From: Paramecium tetraurelia
Taxonomy: Eukaryota
Reading direction: 5' to 3'
NCBI GenBank assembly: GCA_000165425.1
Contig: CT868677.1
Span: forward strand, 248,001 to 312,000
DNA: 64,000 bases
Shown here: piece after piece, positions 37,401 through 50,447 of the stretch
Position numbering within the stretch: the stretch's first letter is position 1
How the letters are laid out: each line of letters begins with the position of its first letter
Position numbers and translations under genes: made by a program
The notes under the pieces: model-generated
Told to the model about the DNA's origin: nothing
The model's input: the letters and a program-made list of their open reading frames with translations, nothing else
Databases searched by the model: none

Positions 37401-40400
37401 GATAGATTAAACAAAATGTTTTACATCCTTTGATTAGAGATCATCTCAATTTTTAGATTGGAAGAGCATCCAAAAATTATATACAATTTAATGGTTTAAT
37501 AACTGGAATCAGATTGTATTTAGGAAGTGGAGCCTTGATTAACGAGGAACAACTTAAACAGATGATAACTAAACTTAATAGAAAACCAGCACAAATTTAT
37601 ATTGATAATGTAATTACTATTGTGGAAGACAGGACTGATACTTATAGTGGAGATAATCCAATTCATATAGAGGGAAGTGCTAATCAATATTCAATGCAAC
37701 TGTGGTTTAAGATGAGCTAGGATTAATTTATATATAGAGTGACATAAAATGAACATTTATCAGATAGAAAATATCTGGGAGATCGTGTATTCCATTTGTC
37801 GACTCAAATAGAGAATGTAGAATATAGTACATATAGTCTGTTAAACATGGATGAGGTAGACACCTTAATTAGTTAATAATGCAAAATAGAGTTATATCAT
37901 TAGAACGTGTGGACATTTTCATATTAAAGTTATTCCAAAAAGGAATAGAAGATGATAACTTATTTAAAAATAGATGATTACATTTGTTAATAGCATTAAG
38001 ATAATATCATTCATGCAATAAGTGATTAAATATGGCTTTATTTGATGAAAGATTTCAATGACTAGCATTCAAATACAATGATATCACACGTTAAATTGAC
38101 TTTGGGACAAGGAAGTTTTACTGACGATAACTTTTTGAAATTATCATCCTTTATTGCAGGAAACAGATAAATGCCAAAGATTATAAAGGAACTTGAAAAT
38201 GTAGAAGACTCCTAGAGTTTTACATTCAATGAAGTGGATTCAATGAGTGAATATGCTGTATCATTTTGGTGCAAGTTTAGTTCCACTTACCCTGAAAGGA
38301 GATATAGAAAACCAGAGCAATTCCAGATATTCAGAATGACTTCTAATGTAGACTTGACTGAGGGGAAGATTGAATTAAGAGACAGGTTATTAAGTGCTTA
38401 TGGGTTAACCAATTCATTTAGTTTTAATACTTATGATATCAATGACAATGCCCCAAATGAATACAGTATTATTGAAATAGAGAGATTGGAAAATAGATGG
38501 TATTTCATACATGCCGGTTATAAACGTAAATTACAAATTGCTAAATTTTATGTATATGATGGTAATGATGAAAAGCACAATTCAAATGAAAATTTATTGT
38601 AAGATCCTTTGACTGATTTTGTGAAAGTAGTTTTTGGATCAGAAGATCACATGGTCGGATTTAATGGGCAAATATTGCAAATAGCAATTATGATAGGGAG
38701 TGGATCATTTGGATAGAGTGGCTCATATTTGGAGTCTCCACTGTTGGACTACATAACCCAGTATCAAATTCCAGAGGAGTCAACCTTAGAATACTTGTAT
38801 AAACAGAAAAATGGAATCATAGAATTGGATCATGAATTCGATGAACATGATTTCCATGATGTTGGGTCTTATTCAGTTTGTGGCTGGTTCAAATTGAACT
38901 ATTCACCTCTCAGTAAGTTCGAATAGGAGACATCTTGTTAAACATTGATACGTTTATATGAAAATGAAAAACTGAATGACAAATTAATTTAGGGTGATAG
39001 AACACTGCTCATCTAGGTTTGTGACTAGTAATTTATCAAATTCTAGACTTACACCTTGAATGAGATATCAAATATTAATGAACATAAATTGATTGAAAAT
39101 TCTATTGATATGGATTCCCCTGTAATTTGGCATTATGTCTATATGAGTTACGATGATATGGAGTAGAGTGTCTAAATTCTATTGAAATAATTTTAATCTG
39201 ATGAAGTTAGAGTGCTTAACAACATTTGGCATATGGAAACCAATTATTTGGGTATTTTGTTTGGTACAGATGTTGACAACATCAACCTTGATGGTGTATA
39301 GCAATAGTGGTAATTCCTATATGGTTACAATGCAATTGTTGATTTAAGTTAAGCCTCGTATCAGGATAAGTTGCCTAATTATTACAACATCAAAAATAAC
39401 CAGAGAGAATTGTGGTTCCAAAGTGAAGACACAACAACTGCTGAATTTCATAACGCTGTGAATCAGTATGCCATCGGAGTTTGGACAAGATGGGAGGCAG
39501 AATTCTATGAGTCCAAATAAATCCAATTCCATAATATCTTTAGATTTACGAGTAGAAAATAGTATGAGGATAAAGCACAATTTGGAGATAGAGTGTTGTT
39601 CTCGTATCTCACAAATAAAAACTATGAGTTTAGTTCGTACGACAAAAAGTAGAAACTTACTGCTATTAACACCTAAATCCCTTATGATTTCATTGAAGGA
39701 GAATGGAATTATATATATTTTGCTTATAATGACGGTAGTCTCTATGCTGCAGTGATTCATAAGCAATCTCAGAAGGCTGAACACACTATTATCAAAGATA
39801 TTGAGCATGATATATTGGGATATGCATAATTGATCATAAACAAGCCTGAATTTGGATTTTAGGCATTTAAGGGTCAGATATATGATTTACGAGTATTCTT
39901 GGGAGAAGGGTCCTTTTTGGACGACACTCAGAAAGTGGCTGCAATGATCAACAAGCTGCATTTGCGTTTGCCTGATGTTGAATTGAAGGTTGAAGAATTC
40001 AAATGGGAAGGATGTGACACATAAATTGATGAAGATGGATCATTGATCTAAGAGTTTCCCTATTCCGAATAAACAGTCTACTCCATATCTGGTTGGATTT
40101 GGTTATACTAAAAGAGCGAAGGGACTTTGGACTCTTTGTAAGGAGTGATGAGATTGTCGACTGATCTCAATTTTAATACCTTGTTGGTTTTGGCCAAATC
40201 CAATCAAGTTACTTTTGGAAGTTATTCGTTTGGAAAGAAGTCACTGCCTATATGGTAAAGTTGTGATATCGAAATGGAGCAATGGTTGTTTGTGTACGTC
40301 AGTCATCAGGAGGATGTTACTCGATTTTATATCAAAAGTGAGAAGGGTGTGTAGGAGTTTTCAAATGTATCGAGACATGTGGTTCCGAGGAATTTCAAGT

Positions 40401-40557
40401 TGTCGCTTGTAAAGTTTGACTCGTTTGATAAATTTGATGTATTATTTTAATTGTTATGGATTAATAGGGCAAATTAAAGGGAGTTCATGTCAGGTGGCAT
40501 ACACCGTTAGATGACCCTGAAGAGGAATCTGCAGCTCCAGTGTTATCGCATTAATGA
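34468..40557 (+). CDS. large secreted protein (about 2000 aa) with about 10 tandem LamG/Concanavalin-A-like repeats
   Basis: Signal MKLIMFFIVGLGLISAS. Recurring [EQ]Y[SG]xxxWxR/K..RL..GDRxL..WxxxYxxY..FNG modules. One frame across about 5.9 kb (ORF-track 34688, 35252, 37514, 38234, 38729 are all in frame). Confidence 0.85.
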
Positions 40558-40695
40558 TCTATCTATATTATATATAATAAAATTGGTTTACTCATTTCGA
40601 AATGTCATTTGTGTGGAGAGTAAGAAAAACACATCAGAGGATAAGAGAAGGATTTGCTTCTAAAAAGAATGATTTCTATTTTTGATATAAAAAAA

Positions 40696-41524
40696 TCAAT
40701 CAGAATCGCTCTTCAGGAGTAATTTGTCATCAGTCAAATGACGAGCATATAGCCAATTACAAAATCCAAGTACTATTTGGATCATAGTTTCTCTCAGATT
40801 GGGTACTCTGCTTAGATGTACAATGTAATTTCGATTTGATAGTTTTTGGATGCTTGAGAGTACCTTATCCAATTGAAAACATATTAATAAGTTGGCCTTT
40901 TCAACCAGTCCACTAGTCGGACATTCTGGATAGTCGAGTAGAAGTTTTCGAAAGGAGTACACAAAGAGAAAGATAAGTTTCATCTATTCAAAACTAAGGA
41001 CTCCTTTGACTTCGTGGATAAACTTAATAAAAGCATCTTGAGGAGTAGTTACATCAGTAGGTTGGGGCGATTTCATTAGTTCATGATAGTAATCCAATCT
41101 GATGTCCTTGTTGTCGGTCTCCATTATTAAGAGCAACACTTCCCAATTAATAAGGTCGTATATATCCATATTATTCAAGGAAGCCTGCGGTTTATCTTCC
41201 TCCTTACCTAAGGCATTGGCAAGAGTGGCAAAAATGTCCTATGTTTGTGACTCTGAAAACGTTGATTCCAACCTTTGTTCATCCAGGTTCTTCAAAGATT
41301 ACTACACTATTAGGTAATTTGAAAACCCCATTGTGTTTCTATTTCATGTGGGTGTAGAGGGCAGGATAACTCAAGTATGACTTCCCGCACTCGCACTTGT
41401 GTTCGCGTTGAGCATCGCTGTACTTACGAGTTCTGGATCTCTTCTTTTTCTCTCCTCCCTCTGCGAGCTTCTTTGGAGAATACGATTCTTGGACACTTGA
41501 ATTTGTATTCGATTTATCTTGCAT
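40696..41524 (-). CDS. C2H2 zinc-finger protein (ciliate family)
   Basis: KKKRSR..EHKCECGKSYLSYPALYTHMKQKH. One 25-nt intron joins ORF-track 41339-41524 to 40984-41178 and 40696-40983. Confidence 0.85.
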
Positions 41525-41630
41525 ATTAATTAATGAAGAATGTAAATTAGAGGACTTTGAAATTAAAAAATAACATAGCGGAAAGTCCTACAAAAATAAA
41601 TGTAAAATCTTGTCGAATAAATTTATAATA

Positions 41631-42331
41631 TCAGCAACAGGGCTATTAATCAAATCTAAATATAATACTCCAGTTTTGTGTTTATCCTCTCCTCCATTGG
41701 GCTTTATATTGAGGTTGCGATTCTCGTCATTAGCTTGCATCTTCGACAGAGTCTGGATGATCCTCTGCGACAACTCTTGGAAGGCTTCATTGATATTCAT
41801 ATTGCTCTTGGCCGAAGTCTCGAAGAATGGGATATTGAATTGCTGTGACAACTTCATGCCCTCCTCCAGAGTCACCTTTCTCTCTGCAGACATGTCAGCC
41901 TTGTTACCCAACAACACCAATTGCACATCACTCGAATTCGTATTCTCTTGTATTGACTTTTCATAATCGACTTTTTCTTACCTTTAACCATCCGTCCACA
42001 TTCTAAAACGATTGTCTATCAATCACACTATATGTCAAGATCACCTACACTTAATAATTATTTCTACTCCTTGAGCCCCCTTGTAATAAGTTTTTGTTAT
42101 AGTTCTGAATCGCTCCTAACCTGCCGTGTCCCAAATTTGCAATTTCAACTTCTTCCCCTCTGCTTCAATTGTTTTGATCTTAAAATCTACACCTAAAGTG
42201 GCCATATGAGTAATCGAAAACTTCTAATCGCAAAATTACGACAATACATTCGTCTTACCCACTCCAGAATCACCAATCACAATAACCTTAACTAGCCAAT
42301 CATAATCTTGTGAATTCCCTTATCTACTCAT
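41631..42331 (-). CDS. Rab8/Sec4-like small GTPase
   Basis: [47 protein letters not shown]. After the last intron it ends TGPCC-TGA (prenylation motif). Confidence 0.95.
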
Positions 42332-42752
42332 CAGAATTCAATATTTTAAATTTTAATATAATCAAAACTAATTCACACACTCATTCCCTGCACAACCCAT
42401 AAATATCTAATTATATAATAATTTCCTATACTCAAATAAAAAAGTGCATCAATCCTATTTCCATTCCACAATTACATCCTAAAAGTAATAGAATTGCTAA
42501 AATTCATTTCAATTTAGTAATCTACGTTATCTTTACTGGACTCAATCTAAATATATTACTTTTTGAATGCACATGTGGAAACGATTAAAAAAGAAAAACC
42601 TCTCAGATACTAATAAACACTATAAAAAATAGCTCCTATGGCTAATAATCAGTACCTTCTTCTTAGACTTGCTCTTTGAAAAATGATATCTTATCAAAAT
42701 ATTTAAAAAAATGTTATAACTTTTAATGAATCTACAACAGTTATATATATGA

Positions 42753-43447
42753 TCAGAATAAAAATAAATAAATAAATATAAACAATACAACTATGATAAA
42801 CATTATTAAGACATAATTAGTTGGTGCTTGTTTCTACTTTTTCTTAGGTTTGATTCCTTGAAAATATATGATTATAAAGTGTACCAATGATCACACCAAC
42901 CTACAACTCACTCATTATCTAATGGGCTTATTAAGAATGGTTGATTCTGTGAAAGTGAGTGGATGCATCATCTCCTGCTTTATCCAATAGCAACTTCATT
43001 CCTCCAGGATGCTAAGCCAAGAAGTCAGTAACATCATACACGTCATCATCAATCACTATCCAAGCATCATCGGATGTGTTATGGAGTGCTAATTCCTCCC
43101 AAGTAACTGCTTAGTATGGGTTTTTAACCTGTATTTGAATTTACTATTACTCTCTATTTCCTCTGTTTAAGTAACTGAGCGTAATTGTGAGGTGGTGGTT
43201 CGTCTGTTAATTGTCCAACAATCCTGGAAGCGAGGATGGATCGAGCATAATTGGAATGATTATATTCTAAGAATTACTCAGTGGCATCCTTGGCTCCACA
43301 TTTCCTCAGAATTTCCTCTCCTCCTGGGTGCTTATCCAAATATGTAGTGACATCATAGACCATCCCTTCAACCACTACCCATAAGGAAGACCGTTTAAAG
43401 TGCTTGATCAATTCCTTCCATGTAATTATGGGATATTCTGAACTCAT
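42753..43447 (-). CDS. tandem two-domain cytochrome b5 with C-terminal membrane anchor
   Basis: Two heme domains: VYDVTTYLDKHPGG..DATEQF..NHS and VYDVTDFLAQHPGG..DASTHF..NHS. Tail YVLIMFIIVVLFIFIYLFLF-TGA. Confidence 0.9.
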
Positions 43448-43622
43448 AAATTATTAAATTATCTTTAATTATGGGTATTCCTTTCAAAGGTTGAACTGAG
43501 GAAAGTCCTCTCTAAATTGGCTCGATGTGATAATTTTAGAATTGCAACAAACAGAATGTGTATGACATTGTAGAAAGTGTTGGTTTCTTTAAAGAGTTAT
43601 ATTAATTCAATTTTCATATTAA

Positions 43623-45433
43623 ATGATTCAAAACTCAGCTACTCAAAAGACTCTATCTATTAATAGTCCGAAGCATTTCGGAACAATATTCAAACGCAAC
43701 TTGACTCTTGAAGATTAGCGATTAAAGTCCATCTATCTCAAGGATAAGGAAACCATGTTTGAAGAAATTTAGTAACTTAAACAGGAAAAGAATAATCTCA
43801 TTCTAAGTCTGCGCAAATAACAATCCTAATTGTAATACTTCAAGAAGGAGGTAACTTAGTTTTAGCGAGACGAGGCAAGTCCAACATATAATTATACAAG
43901 ATTGAAATAGAGTTATTTAGAGAGATTGGCTTCAATTCAGGTATTTATTGGAGAGTCTATTTAGGAAGAGAACTAAAAGTTGAAATAGGAATTAGGTCAG
44001 ACTCAAAACTATTTGAAACAACTCAAGAACCCTGTTGAATAATAGAACATCGATATTTATTGCATGCAATTGTCTGATGACAATGTACATCTCACCAAGA
44101 TATTGGAATAATTCGAAATCAAAAATGATGAACTTTAAGTAAGCATTGATCTAGCAACCTTAGAAAATGAATAATAAACTGACCATCAAATTGAATGCAC
44201 AAAATATGTAATGTCAGAAACTCAGAGGTTTGAACCAGCAATTGCTATTGGAAATCGATATTCTCAGAAGAAAAAACATCTCCTACGACAGCAAACCTTC
44301 ACAAAGAGACATTTAGAAGGTCGATGAGAAAGTTTTGATTGAATTGGAACAAGCCAAAATTGACATAAGGAATTATCAATAGAAAGTTAAAAATTGGGAG
44401 AATAAATACAACAGTTTATTAGTGGAAGATCAAGAAAAGATCGCCTACTTAGAAAAAAAAAATAAGGAACTTTAAAAGTAAGTCTCTAGTTTAGAATTGC
44501 AAATTGAACAAGAAAAGTAATAGTACTAATAGATGCAACAATAACAATAACAACGGTTCTTGAGAAGAACAGTTGTATTGAAAAATCCTTAATTTTTTGA
44601 TGAATAGGAATAAAAGAATAATGAAAATGAAATTCAAATTAAAAAGAATATCTTAGTAGATAAAAATGATGTTTTGCCTATTGCTAAGAAAGTACGTCTA
44701 AGATTGATTGGCCTCAAAATGTCACTCAATGATGTGGAAAAGTACCTTTTGACAAGTGACAATTTGACCTTCAATTAATTAGAGGAAAATTTACATTAAA
44801 GTATATTTGGTTTGGAAGATTCGAATGAAATTCACATGTTAGCAGCCTACTTAGCTGATATTGAAGATGAAAATGAGAGTACTACAAGTAGTAGAGTTAG
44901 AAGTATATTTAAAACATTGATGGAAAATTACATCATTTTAAGTCATCAACAATTGGATACCATCAATTTCACTATTATGAACAAAAAATAGGAAATTTAA
45001 GAGGTTTTGATGAAGAAGTATCCTGAAACATTTACTAATGGATTCATGAAAATTGAAGTAACAATAATTTAATCAATAGATTTACCTTGACATACTAAGT
45101 CAATTAGATATACATTTTAGTAAAATAGAAATAGATCATCTCTAAGCTCTAATTACTAAATAAAATCGTTCTCCTAGAATTCTTCTATAATAAATTTATG
45201 CTCCCTTCTATATCCCAGAAATTTAATTAAATAGCAATCCAAACATAGACGATGACGAATTGGCAAATCCACTTATTGGTGAAAATCCAATGCTGTCTGA
45301 GAATCCTTTATTCTCTGAAAATCAAATGTCTGTATCTGTCGAAGATCATGAACAAATGAGCCTCCTAGATATCAAAATGTGTAATTCTCAAGAGTTAAAA
45401 AAGAAAAGCTAATCTGAATTGCCCTAAGTTTGA
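43623..45433 (+). CDS. hypothetical coiled-coil protein, possible degenerate EF-hand region
   Basis: MIQNSATQKTLS..KDKETMFEEIQQLKQEKN heptads, several GT..TAG introns, TGA at 45431-45433. Confidence 0.75.
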
Positions 45434-46175
45434 TTGTAATATATTTATTAAATTTTAACAATAATATAATTTAATAATTCTTTCTAAAAGAGAGTTGTTT
45501 GATTGTATATATTTTATTGTCTTCTTCAATTGATGATATTTAAAATGATCATTATAAGAAAAAATGATATAAAGAAAAATCATAAAACTACAAAAAGGGT
45601 TCTTCTATGAAATAATAGTCTCCCGCTATATCAAGTGTCTAGAAACAAGTTGTTAGCATTTTAGAAACTTTATTCTGTCAGCAATTTATGCTGGTATTAC
45701 TTGAAGGTAATCACAGATAGTATTATAATTAAATATTTTTATATTTTAATACAATTAAATATTTTCTTATAGAGGGTTGTAATATTTTTTCGGTTTGTGG
45801 GTTTTATCAATTGTAATTTGCAGAAGAATATCAGTGGTTGGATGTTTGGTTTTTGAATTTCATTACATTAACCACCAAGTTCTGTTGGATTAGTTATTTT
45901 GCTGTAATAGTAATATTTTATTGATTATATATACTAGATCTTTATTTAATTTAAATTGTGTTTAAATAAATGGAAATTTAGATAACCTTCAAGGAACTAG
46001 GATCTAGTTCTAATTCTGTAGAATTGCCTGATGGTGAAAAGTATGAATCTTGTCAATGATTGATATTAAATTAATCAATTTCATTTTGTTTTTAAAATAA
46101 GATTTTTAAACAAATTACCTGCATTTCTTTCAGATTAAAATAAATTAATAAACCAAAATCACATTACCATTTCTG

Positions 46176-46945
46176 ATGTACTCAAATTCTCATTTCTATA
46201 AACCCCCGTATCCCCCCTATCCTTATCAACATTTTTAATACCCCACGATGTACAATCACTTTTACTTCCCATATCATAACTAAATCCAGCAATTTAGACC
46301 AACTGTGTTCCATTAAGCACCATTACCTGTTTAACAATAAACTTATATCACCATTTCAGATGATGAAGAGAGCATGCCCAAAAAGGAAGTGCAACAACAA
46401 TCTTCTTCACAACCAATTCAGAGTTTGTAAACTCAAAAACAGATAGTGAGAATGCTGGATCTAGATTATCTCGAATCTTAAGGGAAGCTTTACGATTGTG
46501 AAAGTTCATCCCCGCCTCCAATACCAAAACGAATTATTTAAAAACCCCAGAAACCCATATACAGACAATAGAAGAAAAGAAAGTAAAAAAGTAAGCGATA
46601 GCCTGCAAAAAAAGCATTTCAATATATTAAACAAGTTTAAATTAGTAAAACCAGATAATTACTTGATTTCCCATAATCCAGTGTCAAAGTAAGATTAATT
46701 AAAGTTTATGAAAAGAATGAGGATTAATGTAAGTACCTCTTATCATTAATTTAGTTTTGAAACTCTATGAAATGTTAAGACTAAATTTTCCTTAGGCTAA
46801 TGACGAAGATGTTGCTGTTATCCTCAATATCTGCGATAAGAACTATTCGAAAGCTGAATTATTGATACAAGAAAGCGGATGCTTCATTTCATAAATGTAA
46901 TTTTATTCTCCTAAATCAAGCATACAAGGATCAACAAATTCATGA
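46176..46945 (+). CDS. hypothetical protein with Pro/Tyr-rich N-terminus, basic NLS-like stretch and CUE/UBA-like C-terminus
   Basis: MYSNSHFYKPPYPPYPYQ..QKKRKQKSKR..LRLNFPQANDEDVAVILNICDKNYSKAELLI. Two introns. TGA at 46943-46945. Confidence 0.7.
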
Positions 46946-47719
46946 AACTACTTATAGAAATGAATTTTTAAAATAAATATATTATTAATTAAAGCTAATA
47001 AAATTTCATAACATGACTAATTATTCAATTATGCCAAGATGAGAACATTTCCAAATCATACACAATTTTTCTATCCTTCACCATTTAAATCCAATAAAAA
47101 GACATTATTTAATCTTAAATTCATAACTTCACGATTCTTTTTGTTCTAAGTGTTAATTTATATCAATAATCAGGATTTTTGAATATTAAACAGTTTAATA
47201 ATCTTAATAAAATTTACCTATATTATAGATATTGAAAATAATATCGTTTCTTATCAATTATGAAACAAAACAGTTGGAAATACAGTTCAAAGAGTCTTTG
47301 AATTAGATCAGGGTTTTTTAGAAAATTATTTTAATCATTTAATTGGTTCTATCAAAGGAGATGAACCTAAAATAATAAGAATAGATTCATTATCCTTATT
47401 AACACTATTTTCATTTATAATTAATTTAAAATAAAGGGTTTTGCAAGGGCTCTGGATTTTGAATTTTACTGTCTTTTGAATTGGTCTTATTCATAATTTA
47501 ATGACATTTAATATGTAAGACCATTAAAGTAGGTAATGGAAGTAGATTTTAGAGTGTATTGATTTTAAACATATGGGAATAAGATGATAATAACATTAAT
47601 TGATAATGAAAAAATATATATTTATTAATAATAATAGTTAATTATTTCTTAAGCATTTTCAGTGTCAGCAAATAAATTCCTTATATGATGATAATTTAGT
47701 ATTATTTAAAAAGAATTAA

Positions 47720-48729
47720 ATGTTTATAAGCACACTAAACTTGTTATTAGAACTAAGAAAAGGCACTCTAGAATTAGACATCATAAAATAGCATTTATAA
47801 TAGCATAGTTTAATGAATGAAATAGAAATTAATGCATTGATGGACTTAACAAAATAAATAAAAGAATCAATCACTGATGATGAATAGAGGGTTGGGATTC
47901 TAAATGAAATTGATGCTATTTTATTAAATATATTGTAAGAAAAAAGAGAGACCAATTCTAATACTGATAACTTTTTAAATTATGTACAATAAAGCAATTA
48001 AAATAATATCGGTATAGCAATACTTAACAATTATGGCCAATTCAGTAAGATTATAACACAATATATCTAGTCTTGACTGATCAACTTACAAGAAATATTC
48101 TTGAATTAAATATATTGAAATTAGAAGCAGTTAACTTTTTTTCATTAATCAGCAAAGTCTCTTAAAATATGTTGAGGGAAAAATTTAATGACTGCTGTCT
48201 ATTATAAAAGGGGAATGCAAAGTAAACCTTTTAATTGGCTATGTATTCAAAGAGAAATAAAAAAAAAAGTATTTAGTATTTGAAACAATTTGCTAAAGAA
48301 AAAGAAAAGAGGAAATTAAAATACTCTTTAGCGAAAAGTAAATTATTATCATTACATCGCAGATACAGATGCAGAACCAATATAATAAGAGCTAATCTTA
48401 ATGGCAAAGTACTTAAAATCGCTGTAAGTCACAATATCAAAGACGAATCTATAATTACATGATGATTTTATAGAATCTTTCAGAGATTCAAATGATATAC
48501 TACTACACAATCTATCTTCACTAATACCAAATTAATTAAACTAAGTGGCTGTCTGTGAGATATATGAATTGGATTAGCATCTAAATTTCAGTGTTGAAGC
48601 CTTGTTATCTGATCCTTTCATTAAGAAGAATGAAGGTATTATGTAATATGGATATTTATAGTAAAGTGGAGTAAATTAGTTAGGAAATTGGGTGGTTAGG
48701 AGCCGACTTATGAAGACTTTATTATATGA
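47720..48729 (+). CDS. hypothetical protein, possible PAS-like fold
   Basis: MFISTLNLLLELRKG..IGIAILNNYGQFILTDQLTRNILE..NFFSLI. Three GT..AG introns restore the frame. TGA at 48727-48729. Confidence 0.6.
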
Positions 48730-48799
48730 GTATTTATATTATTTAAGAATGACTTGGAACAGAAATAATAATTATAAACATTTTAATTAATGTTAAGAC

Positions 48800-49962
48800 T
48801 GTCTATGTGAACATACCTTCTTATATTGAAGACTCAAACTACAGATAAAAGATGCCAAAATCACAACTTAAGATTGAAGGTAGAGGGAATGGTATAAAGA
48901 CAAACATAATTAATTTACATGAGATTGCAAAAGCTTTAAATTTTCATGATGAATGTTTAGACATTTATTTAACTTCGAGCCCTTGAAATATTTTGGTTTC
49001 AAGTTTGGTTCCTAAACTTCTTATAATTTAAAAATGACAACGATGTGACTTGTATTATAAATGAAGTATTTTAAGATATAATTGGACAAATTTATTGAGA
49101 AATACATTCTCTCTTAACAATGTAGATATCCAAAGATACATATGAAAATAAAAGGTGGCAAGATTATTTATGGGCAATGTGACTCTTGTTGAAATGTTAG
49201 CGATTTGGATAATACACATTGATTGGGGAGTTATATTTAGAAGAATCCTCCCGGTGGAAATTAATCAATTAAGAATGGCTAAGATGAGGTTTAGATGATC
49301 AAGAGTGAAAATAAAGAGGACAAATAGAAAAAGAAGAAAATAGTGGCTGCAGAAGTAATATTGGATTCTGAATTGCTCGAAACCTTTTTAGTTCAATTGT
49401 GAGACACTTATAATCAATTAGTTGTCAATTAGAAACTAGACAATGATGTTGCTGATGTGATTTAGACTCAAGATATCAAGATGTTCAATCTGGATAAGCT
49501 TCTCAAAAATAGAGTTTGCTCTTTACAGCATGTTCGATGAAAATCCAACCAAAGCTTTTTGAAAGCAATTATGAGTTGCTGACTACACTACCTACTTCAA
49601 TGATCTAGATCATTAATTGGCATAATGTCATATGATCTTGAACATTCAATGCTTGATAAAGAAACCAAAAATTGATGATAAATATTTCGAAGCAGTCTTA
49701 AAAGGATTCTATGATTACTCTTATGTCGATGAACAATGTTTGCTTTATTGGTTTGATAATTCTGAGGAGTGGAAAAATGGAGCAATGGAGGATTTCCTAT
49801 TTAATGAAGAAATCGATAATCATTACAGACAGACAATTGAGTGAACCAATGATCAATTGGATGAAGTATGATCATTCCTTTTATGATTATTTAGATCCTA
49901 AGCTGGATAGGAAGAGGAATATTATGAAAAAGAAGCAGAAGGCAGAAGAGGGAGATGAATAA
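48800..49962 (+). pseudogene. eIF5: eIF5 (translation initiation factor 5) pseudogene
   Basis: VNIPSYIEDSNYR.KMP..KIEGRGNGIKT, LDKFIEKYIL, W2-like LKGFYDYSYVDE..YW. No in-frame start, in-frame TGAs at 49190 and 49220, frameshifts, first zinc-ribbon Cys replaced by Ser. Confidence 0.88.
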
Positions 49963-50147
49963 TAATTGCACATCAAGAATGTTCATTTATTATTGTATAT
50001 ATTCATAATAAACTCCATTTAATATCAAATTTCTGTGTCTTATTTTAATGGTTACAAGAATACTAGTACTTCTTAGTTATATAACAATTTATAGTGTTGT
50101 TTAAATAAATAAAATATAATAGAAACTAATTAAATTGCTATTTGAAT

Positions 50148-50158
50148 AAAAATAAAAA
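50148..50158 (-). terminator. RNA polymerase III terminator of tRNA-Phe
   Basis: TTTTTATTTTT immediately 3' of the tRNA discriminator base on the minus strand. Confidence 0.7.
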
Positions 50159-50231
50159 TGGGAACAATGGGGATCGAACCCATGACATTAAGATCTTCAG
50201 TCTTACGCTCTCCCAACTGAGCTATACTCCC
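50159..50231 (-). tRNA. tRNA-Phe (GAA)
   Basis: 73 nt GGGAGTATAGCTCAGTTGGGAGAGCGTAAGACTGAAGATCTTAATGTCATGGGTTCGATCCCCATTGTTCCCA. Cloverleaf with TAAGA/TCTTA anticodon stem, GAA anticodon, GTTCGA T-loop. Confidence 0.97.
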
Positions 50232-50447
50232 AAAGTTAATACTTATCCAGCATTTCTCTTAATGAAGTAGCCAAACATAATTATTTAAACTTCTGTTATC
50301 ATTCTATTAAACTATATAATGGTTAAATGGAAAATAAATATATTGTATTTATGCAATCGTTGTGTAAGTATACTTTGAAGATGCTCATATACTGGGACAC
50401 ATTTAATATCAGTAATCATATTGAAAATAACAATTATCTTATTTAAT

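Noticed and set aside
45545..46060. Hydrophobic coding-like fragments (YRGLQYFFGLWVLS, TVP15/COPI-associated-like)
   Set aside because: No intact start-to-stop model and the similarity is too weak.
47200..47620. Coding-like sequence upstream of the 47720 gene
   Set aside because: TGA occurs in all frames and it cannot be joined by plausible introns.
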